In this document: positions 19,793-28,795 of the stretch, one piece after another
Numbering within the stretch: position 1 is the first letter of the stretch
How the letters are laid out: every line of letters begins with the position of its first letter
From: an uncultured Rhodobacteraceae bacterium
GTDB taxonomy: Bacteria; Pseudomonadota; Alphaproteobacteria; Rhodobacterales; Rhodobacteraceae
Direction: 5' to 3'
NCBI GenBank assembly: GCA_965662745.1
Contig: CBFIJK010000006.1
Location: 1,496-65,495 of the forward strand
Length of the DNA stretch: 64,000 nt
Position numbers and translations under genes: made by a program
Notes under the pieces: generated by a model
The model's input: only the letters and a program-made list of their open reading frames with translations
What the model was told of the DNA's origin: nothing
The model's database searches: none

Positions 19793-20006
19793 GTGGCTTT
19801 GATTTCCTTTACGACGTTGTTTTCTGGCCGGGCGGTTGTCTCCGCCGGTCTTGGGTTGGTCATTGGTCCGTCCTGACCAGATACGAAAACAATCAGGGCC
19901 GGAGATTTCCGACCCTGCCCGCTTATCCTATCCGAGGTTCTAACGACCCGTTCGACGCGCGCCTCATACGCCATGGTCGCCTGTGAGGCAAGTCCCGAAG
20001 GCTTTT

Positions 20007-21230
20007 TCAGCCGTCCGCACGGGCCAGATAAAGGCTGACGGTGGTGCCTTGCCCCGGAGTGCTGTCGAAAAACACCCCGCCGTCACAGCGCCGCGCAAGG
20101 TCAAAGGCCGACCCAACGCCGATTCCGGTGCCCGCGCCGCGCGGCTTGGTGGTGAAATAGGGCTTGCCCAGGCGCTTTTGCACATCGGGCGACATACCAA
20201 GGCCTGTGTCGCTGAGCTTGATGCAGATGTAATCACGCCGGGCCAGGCTATCGGGGGCATTTTCGCTGGCAACCGCCTTGACTGACAGGCGCGCCTCGCC
20301 CCCATTCGGCATCGCGTCGCGCGCGTTGGCCAAAAGGTTGAAAAGCACCGAACTGATCCGCGACCGTTCGCAGCTGACTTTCCAGCCTTTGTCGTCGAGG
20401 TTCAGATTAAGAACGCTCGCCGCTCCCAGAAGCCGCGTCAGCAGCAGCTTGTCTCGCTCGATCACCTCGGACACGGAAAACAGCCCGGTCTCGTCGCCAT
20501 CGGCGCGACTGAAATCCAAGAGCTGTCGGAGCAACTGGTGACCGCGCGCCACGCTGTCATCGAGTTCCTCGTAGATCGGGCGCACATCAGGCGTGTCGAC
20601 CTGCCGCCGCATCAGCCGCGTCGCGGATTGCATCACCGACAGAAGATTGTTGGTGTCATGAACGATCGCGCCCACGAATTCGCCCATCGCATTCATCTTC
20701 ACGGCATGGGCCAGCTTTGTCTCAAGATCAGCGATCAGATAAGACTGCGCCGCGACCTGCGCTTTCAACAACGCAGTTTCGGCATCGGCAGACGCAATCG
20801 CCGCAGGTGCGCGAAAACGAGTGATGTCGGACATCACGACCAGAACGGCTGGCGGGCAGTCTTCAATTTCCTGCAGGGGAAGCATCCGGACGTCCCACCA
20901 ACGTTCAACACCGGCCGGGTCGAAGCCTTTCGCCTGGAAGCTGGCGGGCAAGCCGGTCACCACCTCAGCCAGAGCACGCCTGACCTTCGCGCGTTCGGCC
21001 TGTGGCCAAAGCTTGTGGAACGGCGCTGCCTGGATCGATGTGACAGAGCTTGCGTCCAGCCCGACGAGCGCAAGGCCCTCGGCGTTGATCGAATTGAACC
21101 GGCCCTCGGAATCGAGGATCGCGACGCAGAGACCGCTGACCGAGAGCTCTTCGTGAAATACGCCAGAGGACCGCGCCAACTTCGAAAGGCGCGCCCGATC
21201 CTGACCTACGAGTGAAAGTGCGTCCAACAC
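20007..21230 (-). CDS. PAS-domain sensor histidine kinase (orphan; no adjacent response regulator)
   Basis: It has two PAS-like segments, an H-box (GEFVGAIVHDTNNLLSVM), an N-box (LFNLLANARDAM) and G-boxes (DTGLGM, GTGIGVG). The start is uncertain: a GTG at 21230 is preceded by AAAGGA, while the ORF track gives a TTG at 21263. Confidence 0.8.
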   Translation of the reverse strand: MLDALSLVGQDRARLSKLARSSGVFHEELSVSGLCVAILDSEGRFNSINAEGLALVGLDASSVTSIQAAPFHKLWPQAERAKVRRALAEVVTGLPASFQAKGFDPAGVERWWDVRMLPLQEIEDCPPAVLVVMSDITRFRAPAAIASADAETALLKAQVAAQSYLIADLETKLAHAVKMNAMGEFVGAIVHDTNNLLSVMQSATRLMRRQVDTPDVRPIYEELDDSVARGHQLLRQLLDFSRADGDETGLFSVSEVIERDKLLLTRLLGAASVLNLNLDDKGWKVSCERSRISSVLFNLLANARDAMPNGGEARLSVKAVASENAPDSLARRDYICIKLSDTGLGMSPDVQKRLGKPYFTTKPRGAGTGIGVGSAFDLARRCDGGVFFDSTPGQGTTVSLYLARADG

Positions 21231-21269
21231 AGGTTTTCCTTTCAGACGGAAACCTTCGGGCAATACCTT

Positions 21270-21299
21270 ATTTTAGTGTGAATCCAACTTTACAGTCAA
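21270..21299 (-). promoter_or_regulatory. candidate sigma70-type promoter for the histidine kinase
   Basis: The minus strand reads TTGACT, an 18-nt spacer, then TAAAAT, inside a visibly AT-rich stretch of about 200 bp. Confidence 0.35.
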
Positions 21300-21465
21300 G
21301 TGTGACCATTTTGATGACAGAGGCGTAACTTATTATAATTAAACCATTTTATCTGCGGAAATGGCTTCCGCTGGGTCAACTATACGTGACCGTGAACGTG
21401 CGATTTCATTGCCTTCAGGATGCGGGCGACGGGGCGTTCACCGCGCTGCCCAGCGCGCAAATGCG

Positions 21466-22086
21466 CTAGTCTTTCGCAAGTGAGACAAGCCTCACCGCTT
21501 CTTCCAGCGCCTCGTCAATGGACATCTCGGTGGTGTCGAGATGGACCGCATCATCGGCGGGCTTCAGCGGCGCATCCGCCCGCCCCGCGTCACGCGCATC
21601 GCGAGATTTGAGGTCGGCCATCACAGCCTCGACCGTGGTCTCGTGACCGGCGGCCACCAGTTCCTCGAACCGCCGCCGCGCGCGCACGGTGTCTGATGCG
21701 GTGACGAAAAGCTTCACCTCGGCCAGCGGGCAGATGACCGTGCCGATATCGCGCCCGTCCAGCACCGCGCCACCCATCCGCCGCGCAAAGGCGCGCTGAA
21801 AATCGATCAGCGCAGCGCGCACCTCGGGGATGGCCGCGACCTTGCTGGCCGCTTTCGCCACGGCGGGCGTGCGCAGGTCGGTGCGGTCGAGATCCTCGGG
21901 CACCAGCGCGCGGGCCGCATCCAGCGGCACGAGCCCGTCGAGCACCCGTCGGCCCGTTGCACGATACAACAGCCCGGTATCGAGATGGGCGAAGCCGAAG
22001 CGTTCCGCCAATGCCTTGGAAATCGTGCCCTTACCAGCCGCAGCAGGACCGTCGATCGCGACGGTGAAGGAAAAGCGCTCAGTCAT
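21466..22086 (-). CDS. cmk: cytidylate kinase
   Basis: Contains [35 protein letters not shown]...DGRDIGTVI. Confidence 0.93.
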   Translation of the reverse strand: MTERFSFTVAIDGPAAAGKGTISKALAERFGFAHLDTGLLYRATGRRVLDGLVPLDAARALVPEDLDRTDLRTPAVAKAASKVAAIPEVRAALIDFQRAFARRMGGAVLDGRDIGTVICPLAEVKLFVTASDTVRARRRFEELVAAGHETTVEAVMADLKSRDARDAGRADAPLKPADDAVHLDTTEMSIDEALEEAVRLVSLAKD

Positions 22087-22644
22087 TCAGGTCCCTTTTT
22101 CGGAACGTCGCGCGGCCATTCGGGCCGCAATCAGCGCAAGGATCGTCAGAACCGCGATCGCGCCAAGCATGGTTTTTCCAAGTGTCGCAGAATTTGCGGC
22201 GACGATCGCCTCGGGTGGGATGGTGTCGGGATCGGCCAGCAACAATGCGCGCACCCGGGCGTTTTCGAGATAGTCAAAGCTCATCGCGATCAGCGGAAAG
22301 ACCGACAAGACCGCGCGCAGGATCGGCGTGATGGTCCCGCTCAGCCGCCAGATCGCCATGGCCAGCAGGCCTCCATAAAGCACCGGAAAGGCGTTATCCA
22401 TCCGATGCTGGACGCCAAGATAGATGCGCCGCCCCTCGTCGCTGAGCGCTGTAAGGAAGGCGCGCGCCTCGTCCACCGAATAGCCCAGAAGCCGCGTATC
22501 AAGCGGCGCAAGCCCGTCCGCCGCGCGCGTAATCGCCGGAACCGTCCAGACGGCCATGGCGACATAAAGGCCAAGCGCCGCCAGAAGCAGCACCCAGAAC
22601 ACCACGCGCGCCCGTCCGGAATTTTCCAAGAACCGCCTCAACAT
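22087..22644 (-). CDS. hypothetical membrane protein
   Basis: A 185-aa protein with 4-5 hydrophobic helices, packed with no gap against the cmk start. No family was recognised. Confidence 0.45.
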   Translation of the reverse strand: MLRRFLENSGRARVVFWVLLLAALGLYVAMAVWTVPAITRAADGLAPLDTRLLGYSVDEARAFLTALSDEGRRIYLGVQHRMDNAFPVLYGGLLAMAIWRLSGTITPILRAVLSVFPLIAMSFDYLENARVRALLLADPDTIPPEAIVAANSATLGKTMLGAIAVLTILALIAARMAARRSEKGT

Positions 22645-22647
22645 ATG

Positions 22648-23061
22648 TCAGAGGCTAAACGAGCGCACTTGCGTTGTCAGGTCGGGATCTGCGCCCGGCC
22701 GCTGCGGAAGATCGTCGGCGATCTCATAGTAATCGCCCTTTTCGGCACAGAAGATATGACCGGCGAGGCTTTGGCCCGTCGGCGTGTCGAACGCGCCCGC
22801 GAAGATCGACAGGTTCACACCCGGCCCGTCCCAGAACAGCGGGCAGCCGCAGGTTCCGCAAAAACCCCGCTTCGCGGTGTCTGACGTGGCATACCATGTC
22901 ACCTCGCCCTGCACCTCGACATCGCCCCGCACGGCGGATGTGGCAGCGACGTGATGGCCGCTCATCTTGCGGCACTGGGTGCAATGGCATGCCACGACTG
23001 GACGTAGGGGGCCGTCCACGGCAAAGCGGACCGCACCGCAGAGGCAGCTTCCGGTTTTCAC
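22648..23061 (-). CDS. GFA (glutathione-dependent formaldehyde-activating enzyme-like / CENP-V) family protein
   Basis: Contains [10 protein letters not shown]...[12 protein letters not shown]...[12 protein letters not shown], the zinc-binding Cys pattern. Its start overlaps the aroA stop. Confidence 0.75.
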   Translation of the reverse strand: MKTGSCLCGAVRFAVDGPLRPVVACHCTQCRKMSGHHVAATSAVRGDVEVQGEVTWYATSDTAKRGFCGTCGCPLFWDGPGVNLSIFAGAFDTPTGQSLAGHIFCAEKGDYYEIADDLPQRPGADPDLTTQVRSFSL

Positions 23062-24407
23062 GACGCAGCTTCCAATGTGGCCCCCAGCGCGGTCATCAAA
23101 GGCTCGAAGATCGGGAAGGACGTCGCGATGGGGCCCGCGTCATCCACTGTGACCGGCTGTTGCGACGCCATCCCGAGGCAGAGGAAGGACATCGCGATCC
23201 GATGGTCAAGATGCGTGGCGCAGGTCGCGCCGCCGGGCACTCCGCCTGCGCCCATGCCGTGGACGGTGAAGGTGTCTTCGGTTTCTTCCACGGTCACGCC
23301 ACACGCCTCCAGCCCGCGGGCCATGGCATCGATCCGGTCGCTTTCCTTCACGCGAAGTTCCTTGACGCCGCGCATGACGGTCTTGCCCTGCGACAGGGCC
23401 GCGACGACCGAAAGGATCGGGTATTCGTCGATCATCGACGGCGCGCGTTCAGGGGGCACCTCGATCCCTTGCATAGCGCCCGAGAAGCGCGCGCGCAGGT
23501 CTGCGACCGGCTCTCCACCTTCTTCGCGCTCATTCTCGAACGCCAGATCCGCGCCCATCTCGCGCAGCGTCGTGAAGAGGCCCGCGCGTGTGGGATTGAG
23601 GCCGATATTGGGGATCAGAACGTCCGAACCTTCGACGATCAGCGCAGCGCAGACCGGGAAAGCCGCCGAGGACGGATCGCGCGGCACCGCGATGGTTTGC
23701 GGTTTCAACTCCGGCTGCCCGGTCAGCGTGATGACGCGGCCCTCTGCTGTCTCATCGGTGTGCAGGGTTGCGCCAAAGCCCATCAGCATCCGCTCGGTAT
23801 GATCGCGCGTTGCTTCAGCCTCGATCACCACGGTCTCGCCCGGTGCGTTAAGGCCCGCCAATAACACGGCGGATTTCACCTGCGCCGAAGGGACAGGCAC
23901 CGTGTAGCGCACCGGCATCGGACTGGCCGCGCCAACCATCGTCAGGGGCAGCCGCCCGCCTGCGCGCCCGTGGGACGCCGCACCAAACAGGGCCAGCGGG
24001 TCCGTCACGCGGCCCATGGGCCGTTTGCGCAAGGACGCATCGCCAGTGAAGGTCGCCGACAGATCGCTGGTCGCCATGGCCCCCATGATCAGCCGCACGC
24101 CGGTGCCCGAGTTGCCGCAATCAATCACGTCTTCCGGCTCGGCAAAGCCGCCTACGCCGACACCATGAACGGACCATGCGCCGCAGCCGTGATCGGTGAC
24201 CTCGGCCCCGAATGCGCGCATGGCCTTCGCGGTGTCGATCACGTCCTGGCCTTCCAGAAGCCCGGTGATCTTCGTCTCGCCCACCGCCATCGCGCCGAGG
24301 ATCAGCGAGCGGTGAGAGATCGACTTGTCGCCCGGCACATCCGCCGTACCCCTCAGGGGCCCCGCGCGGTGAGAGGTCATCGGAACTGGGGTGCCGTGGC
24401 CGGACAT
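23058..24407 (-). CDS. aroA: 3-phosphoshikimate 1-carboxyvinyltransferase (EPSP synthase)
   Basis: A 449-aa protein containing [36 protein letters not shown]. Confidence 0.95.
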   Translation of the reverse strand: MSGHGTPVPMTSHRAGPLRGTADVPGDKSISHRSLILGAMAVGETKITGLLEGQDVIDTAKAMRAFGAEVTDHGCGAWSVHGVGVGGFAEPEDVIDCGNSGTGVRLIMGAMATSDLSATFTGDASLRKRPMGRVTDPLALFGAASHGRAGGRLPLTMVGAASPMPVRYTVPVPSAQVKSAVLLAGLNAPGETVVIEAEATRDHTERMLMGFGATLHTDETAEGRVITLTGQPELKPQTIAVPRDPSSAAFPVCAALIVEGSDVLIPNIGLNPTRAGLFTTLREMGADLAFENEREEGGEPVADLRARFSGAMQGIEVPPERAPSMIDEYPILSVVAALSQGKTVMRGVKELRVKESDRIDAMARGLEACGVTVEETEDTFTVHGMGAGGVPGGATCATHLDHRIAMSFLCLGMASQQPVTVDDAGPIATSFPIFEPLMTALGATLEAAS

Positions 24408-24445
24408 GGCGCGCTTCCTTGTGGTTTGCGGTAACGGGGTTCGGA

Positions 24446-25198
24446 TTATCCGGCCTCTGGTCGCACGTCCACGGGCAATTGTCCCTCGCGGCGGCGGAAG
24501 GTGAGGTAATGCTGGGGCCGCCCTTCGCGGATTGCCTTTTGCTCATAGCGGGTCGAAATCCAGTCGCCCCACGGCACGCGCCAATCGGCGGGGCGTTCGG
24601 CCAGCCAGTCGAACCCGTGGCGCGGAACCTCTTCAAGCGTCTGGCGGACGTAATCGGCGATATCGGTCGCCACGCGGAATTCCGCGCCCGGTTTCAGGAC
24701 GCGGTGCAGCGGGACGAGGTATTCGTGCGTCACGAACCGGCGGCGATGGTGGCGTTTTTTCGGCCATGGGTCAGGATAGAGAAGGAACGCCCTGTCGATC
24801 GACCCCTCCGGCAACACGTCGAAAAGATCGCGCACATCGCCAGGATGGATGCGGATATTGCTCACCTCGGCATCGCGGATCTTGCCCAGAAGCATTGCAA
24901 CCCCGTTGATGAAGGGCTCGCAGCCGATGAGGCCGACATCGGGGTTCCCGGCGGCCTGGTGCACCATGTGCTCTCCGCCACCAAAGCCGATCTCCAGCCA
25001 GACGGGCCGGTCGCCGAACAGCGCCTTCAGGTCTAGCGGGGTGCGGTCCGGGTTCGCGTCCCAATCGACCGCGCCGGGCGACAGGGCGTCCAGATCTTCG
25101 GACAGGTATTTCTGCTGGCTGTCGCGCAGCGTCTTTCCGGCGCGGCGTCCGTAGAAATTGCGCCAAGGGGCGCCTTTGGGGGATGGGGTGTCGGTCAT
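24446..25198 (-). CDS. trmB: tRNA (guanine-N7)-methyltransferase
   Basis: Contains [10 protein letters not shown]...[12 protein letters not shown]...[13 protein letters not shown]...Y..L..GG.FR.ATD. The start is taken at the ATG at 25198; an upstream alternative exists at 25216. Confidence 0.88.
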   Translation of the reverse strand: MTDTPSPKGAPWRNFYGRRAGKTLRDSQQKYLSEDLDALSPGAVDWDANPDRTPLDLKALFGDRPVWLEIGFGGGEHMVHQAAGNPDVGLIGCEPFINGVAMLLGKIRDAEVSNIRIHPGDVRDLFDVLPEGSIDRAFLLYPDPWPKKRHHRRRFVTHEYLVPLHRVLKPGAEFRVATDIADYVRQTLEEVPRHGFDWLAERPADWRVPWGDWISTRYEQKAIREGRPQHYLTFRRREGQLPVDVRPEAG

Positions 25199-25243
25199 GC
25201 GCCCGGCAGGTGCCAATACGGATGCGCGCCGTCAAGCCCCCGA

Positions 25244-25790
25244 TCAAGCCCCGGCGTCGGCCTGTGCCGGGGCGAAGGCATCGGCGACACCGGCCTCGCT
25301 CACCGCCTCACCGATCTCGGCCTCGGTCACGGCGGCCCATTTGCCAGACTTCACGAACCCGCCCTCTTTCAGCGCGCGGCCCAGCGCGGGCAGATCCAGA
25401 ATGCCAAGGGTCACGCCATGATATTGACGCTGGCCTTCATCCAAAGGCTCCCAGATCGCGCTGAGATGGTTGAGCACCAAGGGCGCGCGGCCAGTGAATC
25501 CCCCGATCTGGGTAATCGGACCCTCGGTCCAGAAATCGCGGCGCAGGATATACGCGACCTGCTGATCGTTGCGGCCAACGTAGGCGAAGAGATGCCGCCA
25601 AGGCCAAAGCCCTGCCCCGGCACCACCAGTTCCTCGATCTGCAAAGGCGCGCCCTTGACGATGAGCGCGCGAATGCCCGGCTGCATGAGATCCAAGAATG
25701 CCTGTTGGTAGCCCTCAAGCCGATCCGAATGGCGCGGGCGCGGCGCTGTCGCCTTGCCGCAAAAGCAAAGAGCGGGCAGCAGGCACATGA
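25244..25790 (-). pseudogene. unassigned ORF with an apparent single frameshift near 25590-25600
   Basis: Two consecutive minus-strand frames both look coding by eye from G/C-ending codons (...DRLEGYQQAFLDLMQPGIRALIVKGAPLQIEELVVPGQGFGLGG | HLFAYVGRNDQQVAYILRRDFWTEGPITQIGGFTGRAPLVLNHLSAIWEPLDEGQRQYHGVTLGILDLPALGRALKEGGFVKSGKW...). No family was recognised. Confidence 0.3.
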
Positions 25791-25851
25791 TCGGGAAATA
25801 CAGGTTCGGCGATGGCGACATCGCCGCGATAACTATGGCTATGATGGGAAG

Positions 25852-26490
25852 ATGCTGGACATCTTCACCGGCAACACCGGGCCGGTCGTGCACAAATGGC
25901 ATCACTACACCCGGCTTTATGACCGCTATCTTGGCCAATTCCGGAACACCGATTTCAAGTTCCTCGAGCTTGGCGTCGCCAAGGGCGGATTTATGCAGAT
26001 CTGGCGCAAATTCTTCGGCAAGAAGGCCACGATCTTCGGCATCGACATCGACCCAGAGTGCGCCCAGTTCGACGGCAAGGCGGGCCAGGTTCGGATCGGC
26101 AGCCAGGACGATCCCGAGTTCCTGAAGGATGTGGTCGCAGAAATGGGCGGCGTCGACGCCATCCTCGATGACGGCTCGCACCACATGGATCACGTCCACA
26201 AGAGCCTTGAGGTGCTGTTCCCGATGCTGTCCGCGCCCGGTGTCTACATGATCGAGGACCTGCACACCGCCTATTGGCCCGATTACGGTGGTGGTCCACG
26301 GTCGGCGAACAACTTCTTCCATACGGTCGGCGGGCTGATGCACGACATGCACCACTGGTATTACAACGGCAAACCGCACCACGAGGCGACCAAGGGCTGG
26401 GTCAGCGGGCTGCATGTGCATGACAGCGTCGTCGTTCTGGAAAAGCGCGAAGTGCCACGCCCGGTGCATTCGCGGGTGGGGTCGGTATAA
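25852..26490 (+). CDS. class I SAM-dependent methyltransferase (CmcI / cephalosporin-hydroxylase-like family)
   Basis: Contains HKWHHYTRLYDRYLGQFRNTDFKFLELGVAKGGFMQIWRKFFGKKATIFGIDIDP...ILDDGSHHMDH...GVYMIEDLHTAYWPDYGGG. Confidence 0.7.
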   Translation: MLDIFTGNTGPVVHKWHHYTRLYDRYLGQFRNTDFKFLELGVAKGGFMQIWRKFFGKKATIFGIDIDPECAQFDGKAGQVRIGSQDDPEFLKDVVAEMGGVDAILDDGSHHMDHVHKSLEVLFPMLSAPGVYMIEDLHTAYWPDYGGGPRSANNFFHTVGGLMHDMHHWYYNGKPHHEATKGWVSGLHVHDSVVVLEKREVPRPVHSRVGSV

Positions 26491-26599
26491 GGCTCGACGC
26501 CCTGGGCTCGAATAGCGCAAATGGCGAAAGGCCCTTAACTCTCGGCGTTGCCGTGCAAGGCTGCTATCCTGAACTTGGCTCGACCCACAGGAGGCACGG

Positions 26600-27475
26600 A
26601 TGACACCCCGAAAGCTCTACCTTGGCCCCCTGACCGACAATCGGCGCTGGGACAGGGTGACCATCCGCCCCGATGACGTGATCGTCGCTACGCCACCGAA
26701 ATGCGGCACCACCTGGATGCAGACGATCATTGCGCTGCTGTTTTCCGGCGACCCCGAGGTCGAGACAGAACTGTCGGTGAAAATGCCATGGGTCGACATC
26801 CGCTTGCGGGAGATGGAGGAGGTCGCGAAACGGCTGGAATCGATGCCTCACCGCCGCAGCATGAAGAGCCATACGCCGATGGACGGGCTGCCAATGGGCG
26901 GAAAGGCGCAGTATTTCTGCGTGTTCCGCCACCCTCTCGACGCGCATTTTTCGTATCGCAAACATGTACGGAACATTCCGCTCCGCTGGTTCGACATGTG
27001 GTATCCCGAGGACGATCCGGACGGCATCACCTTCCGGCGTTTTCTGGATGGCGGCCCCGAGGGGTTCGATACCGACGCGATGCCGCTTGCACATATCCTG
27101 CGTCACTATGAGGCCGCACGCGCCGCTGTGGGCCGTCCAAACGTGACGCTCTTTCACTATGCCAACATGACCCGCGATCTGGCGGGCACTTTCGCGCGAG
27201 TGGCCGATCTGCTGAACATCTCGCACCCGACCGAGGTCATGGATGCGTTGGTTCAGGCGGCACGCTTCGACAACATGAAATCCAACGCAGAGCGCTTTGC
27301 GCCCTCGGGCGGCAAGGGCTTCATGAAATCAGATTCAGACTTTTTCCACAGCGGCACGAGCGGCAAATGGCAGGGCAAGCTGACGGATGAGGAGCTGGCA
27401 GCCTATGACGCGATGATGGACGCGCATCTGACCCCCGAAGATCGCGCTTGGCTGGAATACGGATCACCCGCATAG
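26600..27475 (+). CDS. PAPS-dependent sulfotransferase-domain protein
   Basis: It has the 5'-PSB motif (VIVATPPKCGTTWMQ), a 3'-PB-like RSMKSHTP and a C-terminal FFHSGTSGKWQGKLT. Confidence 0.8.
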   Translation: MTPRKLYLGPLTDNRRWDRVTIRPDDVIVATPPKCGTTWMQTIIALLFSGDPEVETELSVKMPWVDIRLREMEEVAKRLESMPHRRSMKSHTPMDGLPMGGKAQYFCVFRHPLDAHFSYRKHVRNIPLRWFDMWYPEDDPDGITFRRFLDGGPEGFDTDAMPLAHILRHYEAARAAVGRPNVTLFHYANMTRDLAGTFARVADLLNISHPTEVMDALVQAARFDNMKSNAERFAPSGGKGFMKSDSDFFHSGTSGKWQGKLTDEELAAYDAMMDAHLTPEDRAWLEYGSPA

Positions 27476-27483
27476 CCAAGACG

Positions 27484-27510
27484 AAAAAAAGGGGCCCAAA
27501 GGCCCCTTTT
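27484..27510. terminator. bidirectional intrinsic terminator between the sulfotransferase gene and metK
   Basis: AAAAAAA-GGGGCC-CAAA-GGCCCC-TTTT: A and T tracts flank a 6-bp GC stem. Confidence 0.8.
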
Positions 27511-27528
27511 CAATCCAGTCAACCGAGA

Positions 27529-28707
27529 TCAGATCGCGCTCTTCAATGCGTCCACAAGGTCGGTGCGTTCCCACGAAAAACCGCCATCGGCATCGGGGGC
27601 GCGGCCGAAGTGGCCATACGCCGCCGTACGCGCAAAGATCGGCTTGTTCATCCCCAGATGCTCGCGGATGCCGCGCGGGGTGAGGTCGATCACCTTGCGG
27701 ATCGCGTTCTCGATCGCCGCAGGCTCAATTTCACCGGTTCCGTGCGTGTCGGCATAGATCGCAAGCGGACGCGCGACGCCGATGGCATAGGCCAGCTGGA
27801 TCGTGCATTTCGTCGCCATGCCCGCAGCAACGACATTCTTGGCGAGATAACGCGCGACATAAGCCGCCGAACGGTCGACCTTGGTCGGGTCCTTGCCGGA
27901 AAACGCACCGCCGCCATGTGGGGCAGCGCCACCATAGGTATCGACGATGATCTTGCGCCCCGTCAGGCCCGCGTCGCCATCAGGGCCGCCAATCACGAAG
28001 GTGCCGGTGGGGTTCACGTGCCATTCGGTCGCTTCGCTGATCCAGCCCGAAGGCAGGACTTCGCGGATGTAAGGTTCCACGATGGCGCGGATGTCGTCCG
28101 AGGTCTGGTCGGCGCTTTCATGCTGCGTCGACAGAACGATATTCTCGACATGGACCGGCTTGCCGTCCTCGTAGCGTAGCGAGAGCTGCGACTTGGCATC
28201 GGGGCGTAGTGTGGGTTCCTGACCCGATTTGCGCACTTCGGCCAGACGGCGCAGGATCGCGTGGCTGTAGTGGATCGGGGCGGGCATAAGCTCGGGCGTC
28301 TCGTCGACGGCAAAGCCGAACATGATGCCCTGATCGCCTGCGCCTTCTTCACCGCGCTCGCCTGTCACGCCCTGGGCGATATGGGCGGATTGTTCGTGCA
28401 GGTGGTTCTGGATCTCGCAGGTGTTCCAGTGGAACTTGTCCTGCTCGTAGCCGATATCCTTGATGCATTCGCGCGCGATATCCGGGACACGTCCCATGAA
28501 ATCCTTGAGCTTGGCCTGGTCGGTCAAGCCAACCTCTCCGCCGATCACCACAAGGTTGGTTGTCGCGAAGGTTTCGCACGCCACGCGCGCCAGCGGATCC
28601 TCGGCGAGGAACGCGTCGAGAATGGCGTCGGAAATGCGGTCGCACACCTTGTCGGGATGACCTTCGGAGACGGATTCCGAAGTGAAAATATAGTTCTTAC
28701 GGGACAT
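27529..28707 (-). CDS. metK: S-adenosylmethionine synthetase
   Basis: Contains [51 protein letters not shown]. Confidence 0.97.
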   Translation of the reverse strand: MSRKNYIFTSESVSEGHPDKVCDRISDAILDAFLAEDPLARVACETFATTNLVVIGGEVGLTDQAKLKDFMGRVPDIARECIKDIGYEQDKFHWNTCEIQNHLHEQSAHIAQGVTGERGEEGAGDQGIMFGFAVDETPELMPAPIHYSHAILRRLAEVRKSGQEPTLRPDAKSQLSLRYEDGKPVHVENIVLSTQHESADQTSDDIRAIVEPYIREVLPSGWISEATEWHVNPTGTFVIGGPDGDAGLTGRKIIVDTYGGAAPHGGGAFSGKDPTKVDRSAAYVARYLAKNVVAAGMATKCTIQLAYAIGVARPLAIYADTHGTGEIEPAAIENAIRKVIDLTPRGIREHLGMNKPIFARTAAYGHFGRAPDADGGFSWERTDLVDALKSAI

Positions 28708-28711
28708 GAAA

Positions 28712-28760
28712 GTGCTCCATTAAGGGTCAATCCGCCACGCCAGGAAGCCGTTGTGGCAGT
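28712..28760 (-). promoter_or_regulatory. SAM/SAH-type riboswitch in the metK 5' leader
   Basis: The minus-strand RNA is CUGCCACAACGGCUUCCUGGCGUGGCGGAUUGACCCUUAAUGGAGCAC and ends 4 nt before the AUG. It closely resembles my recollection of the Rhodobacterales metK SAM/SAH motif (CACAACGGCUUCCUGACGUGGCAGAUUGA...UGGAGCA). GCUUCC can pair with the GGAGC Shine-Dalgarno region. Confidence 0.7.
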
Positions 28761-28795
28761 CAGATGATAGGCCCTAGGCCCGCGCCTGGTAAAAA

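Noticed and set aside
21231-21263. The TTG at 21263 as the histidine-kinase start codon, as in the ORF track.
   Set aside because: It lies only about 7 nt downstream of the predicted -10 box and has no ribosome-binding site. The GTG at 21230 is preceded by AAAGGA at suitable spacing. The choice remains uncertain.
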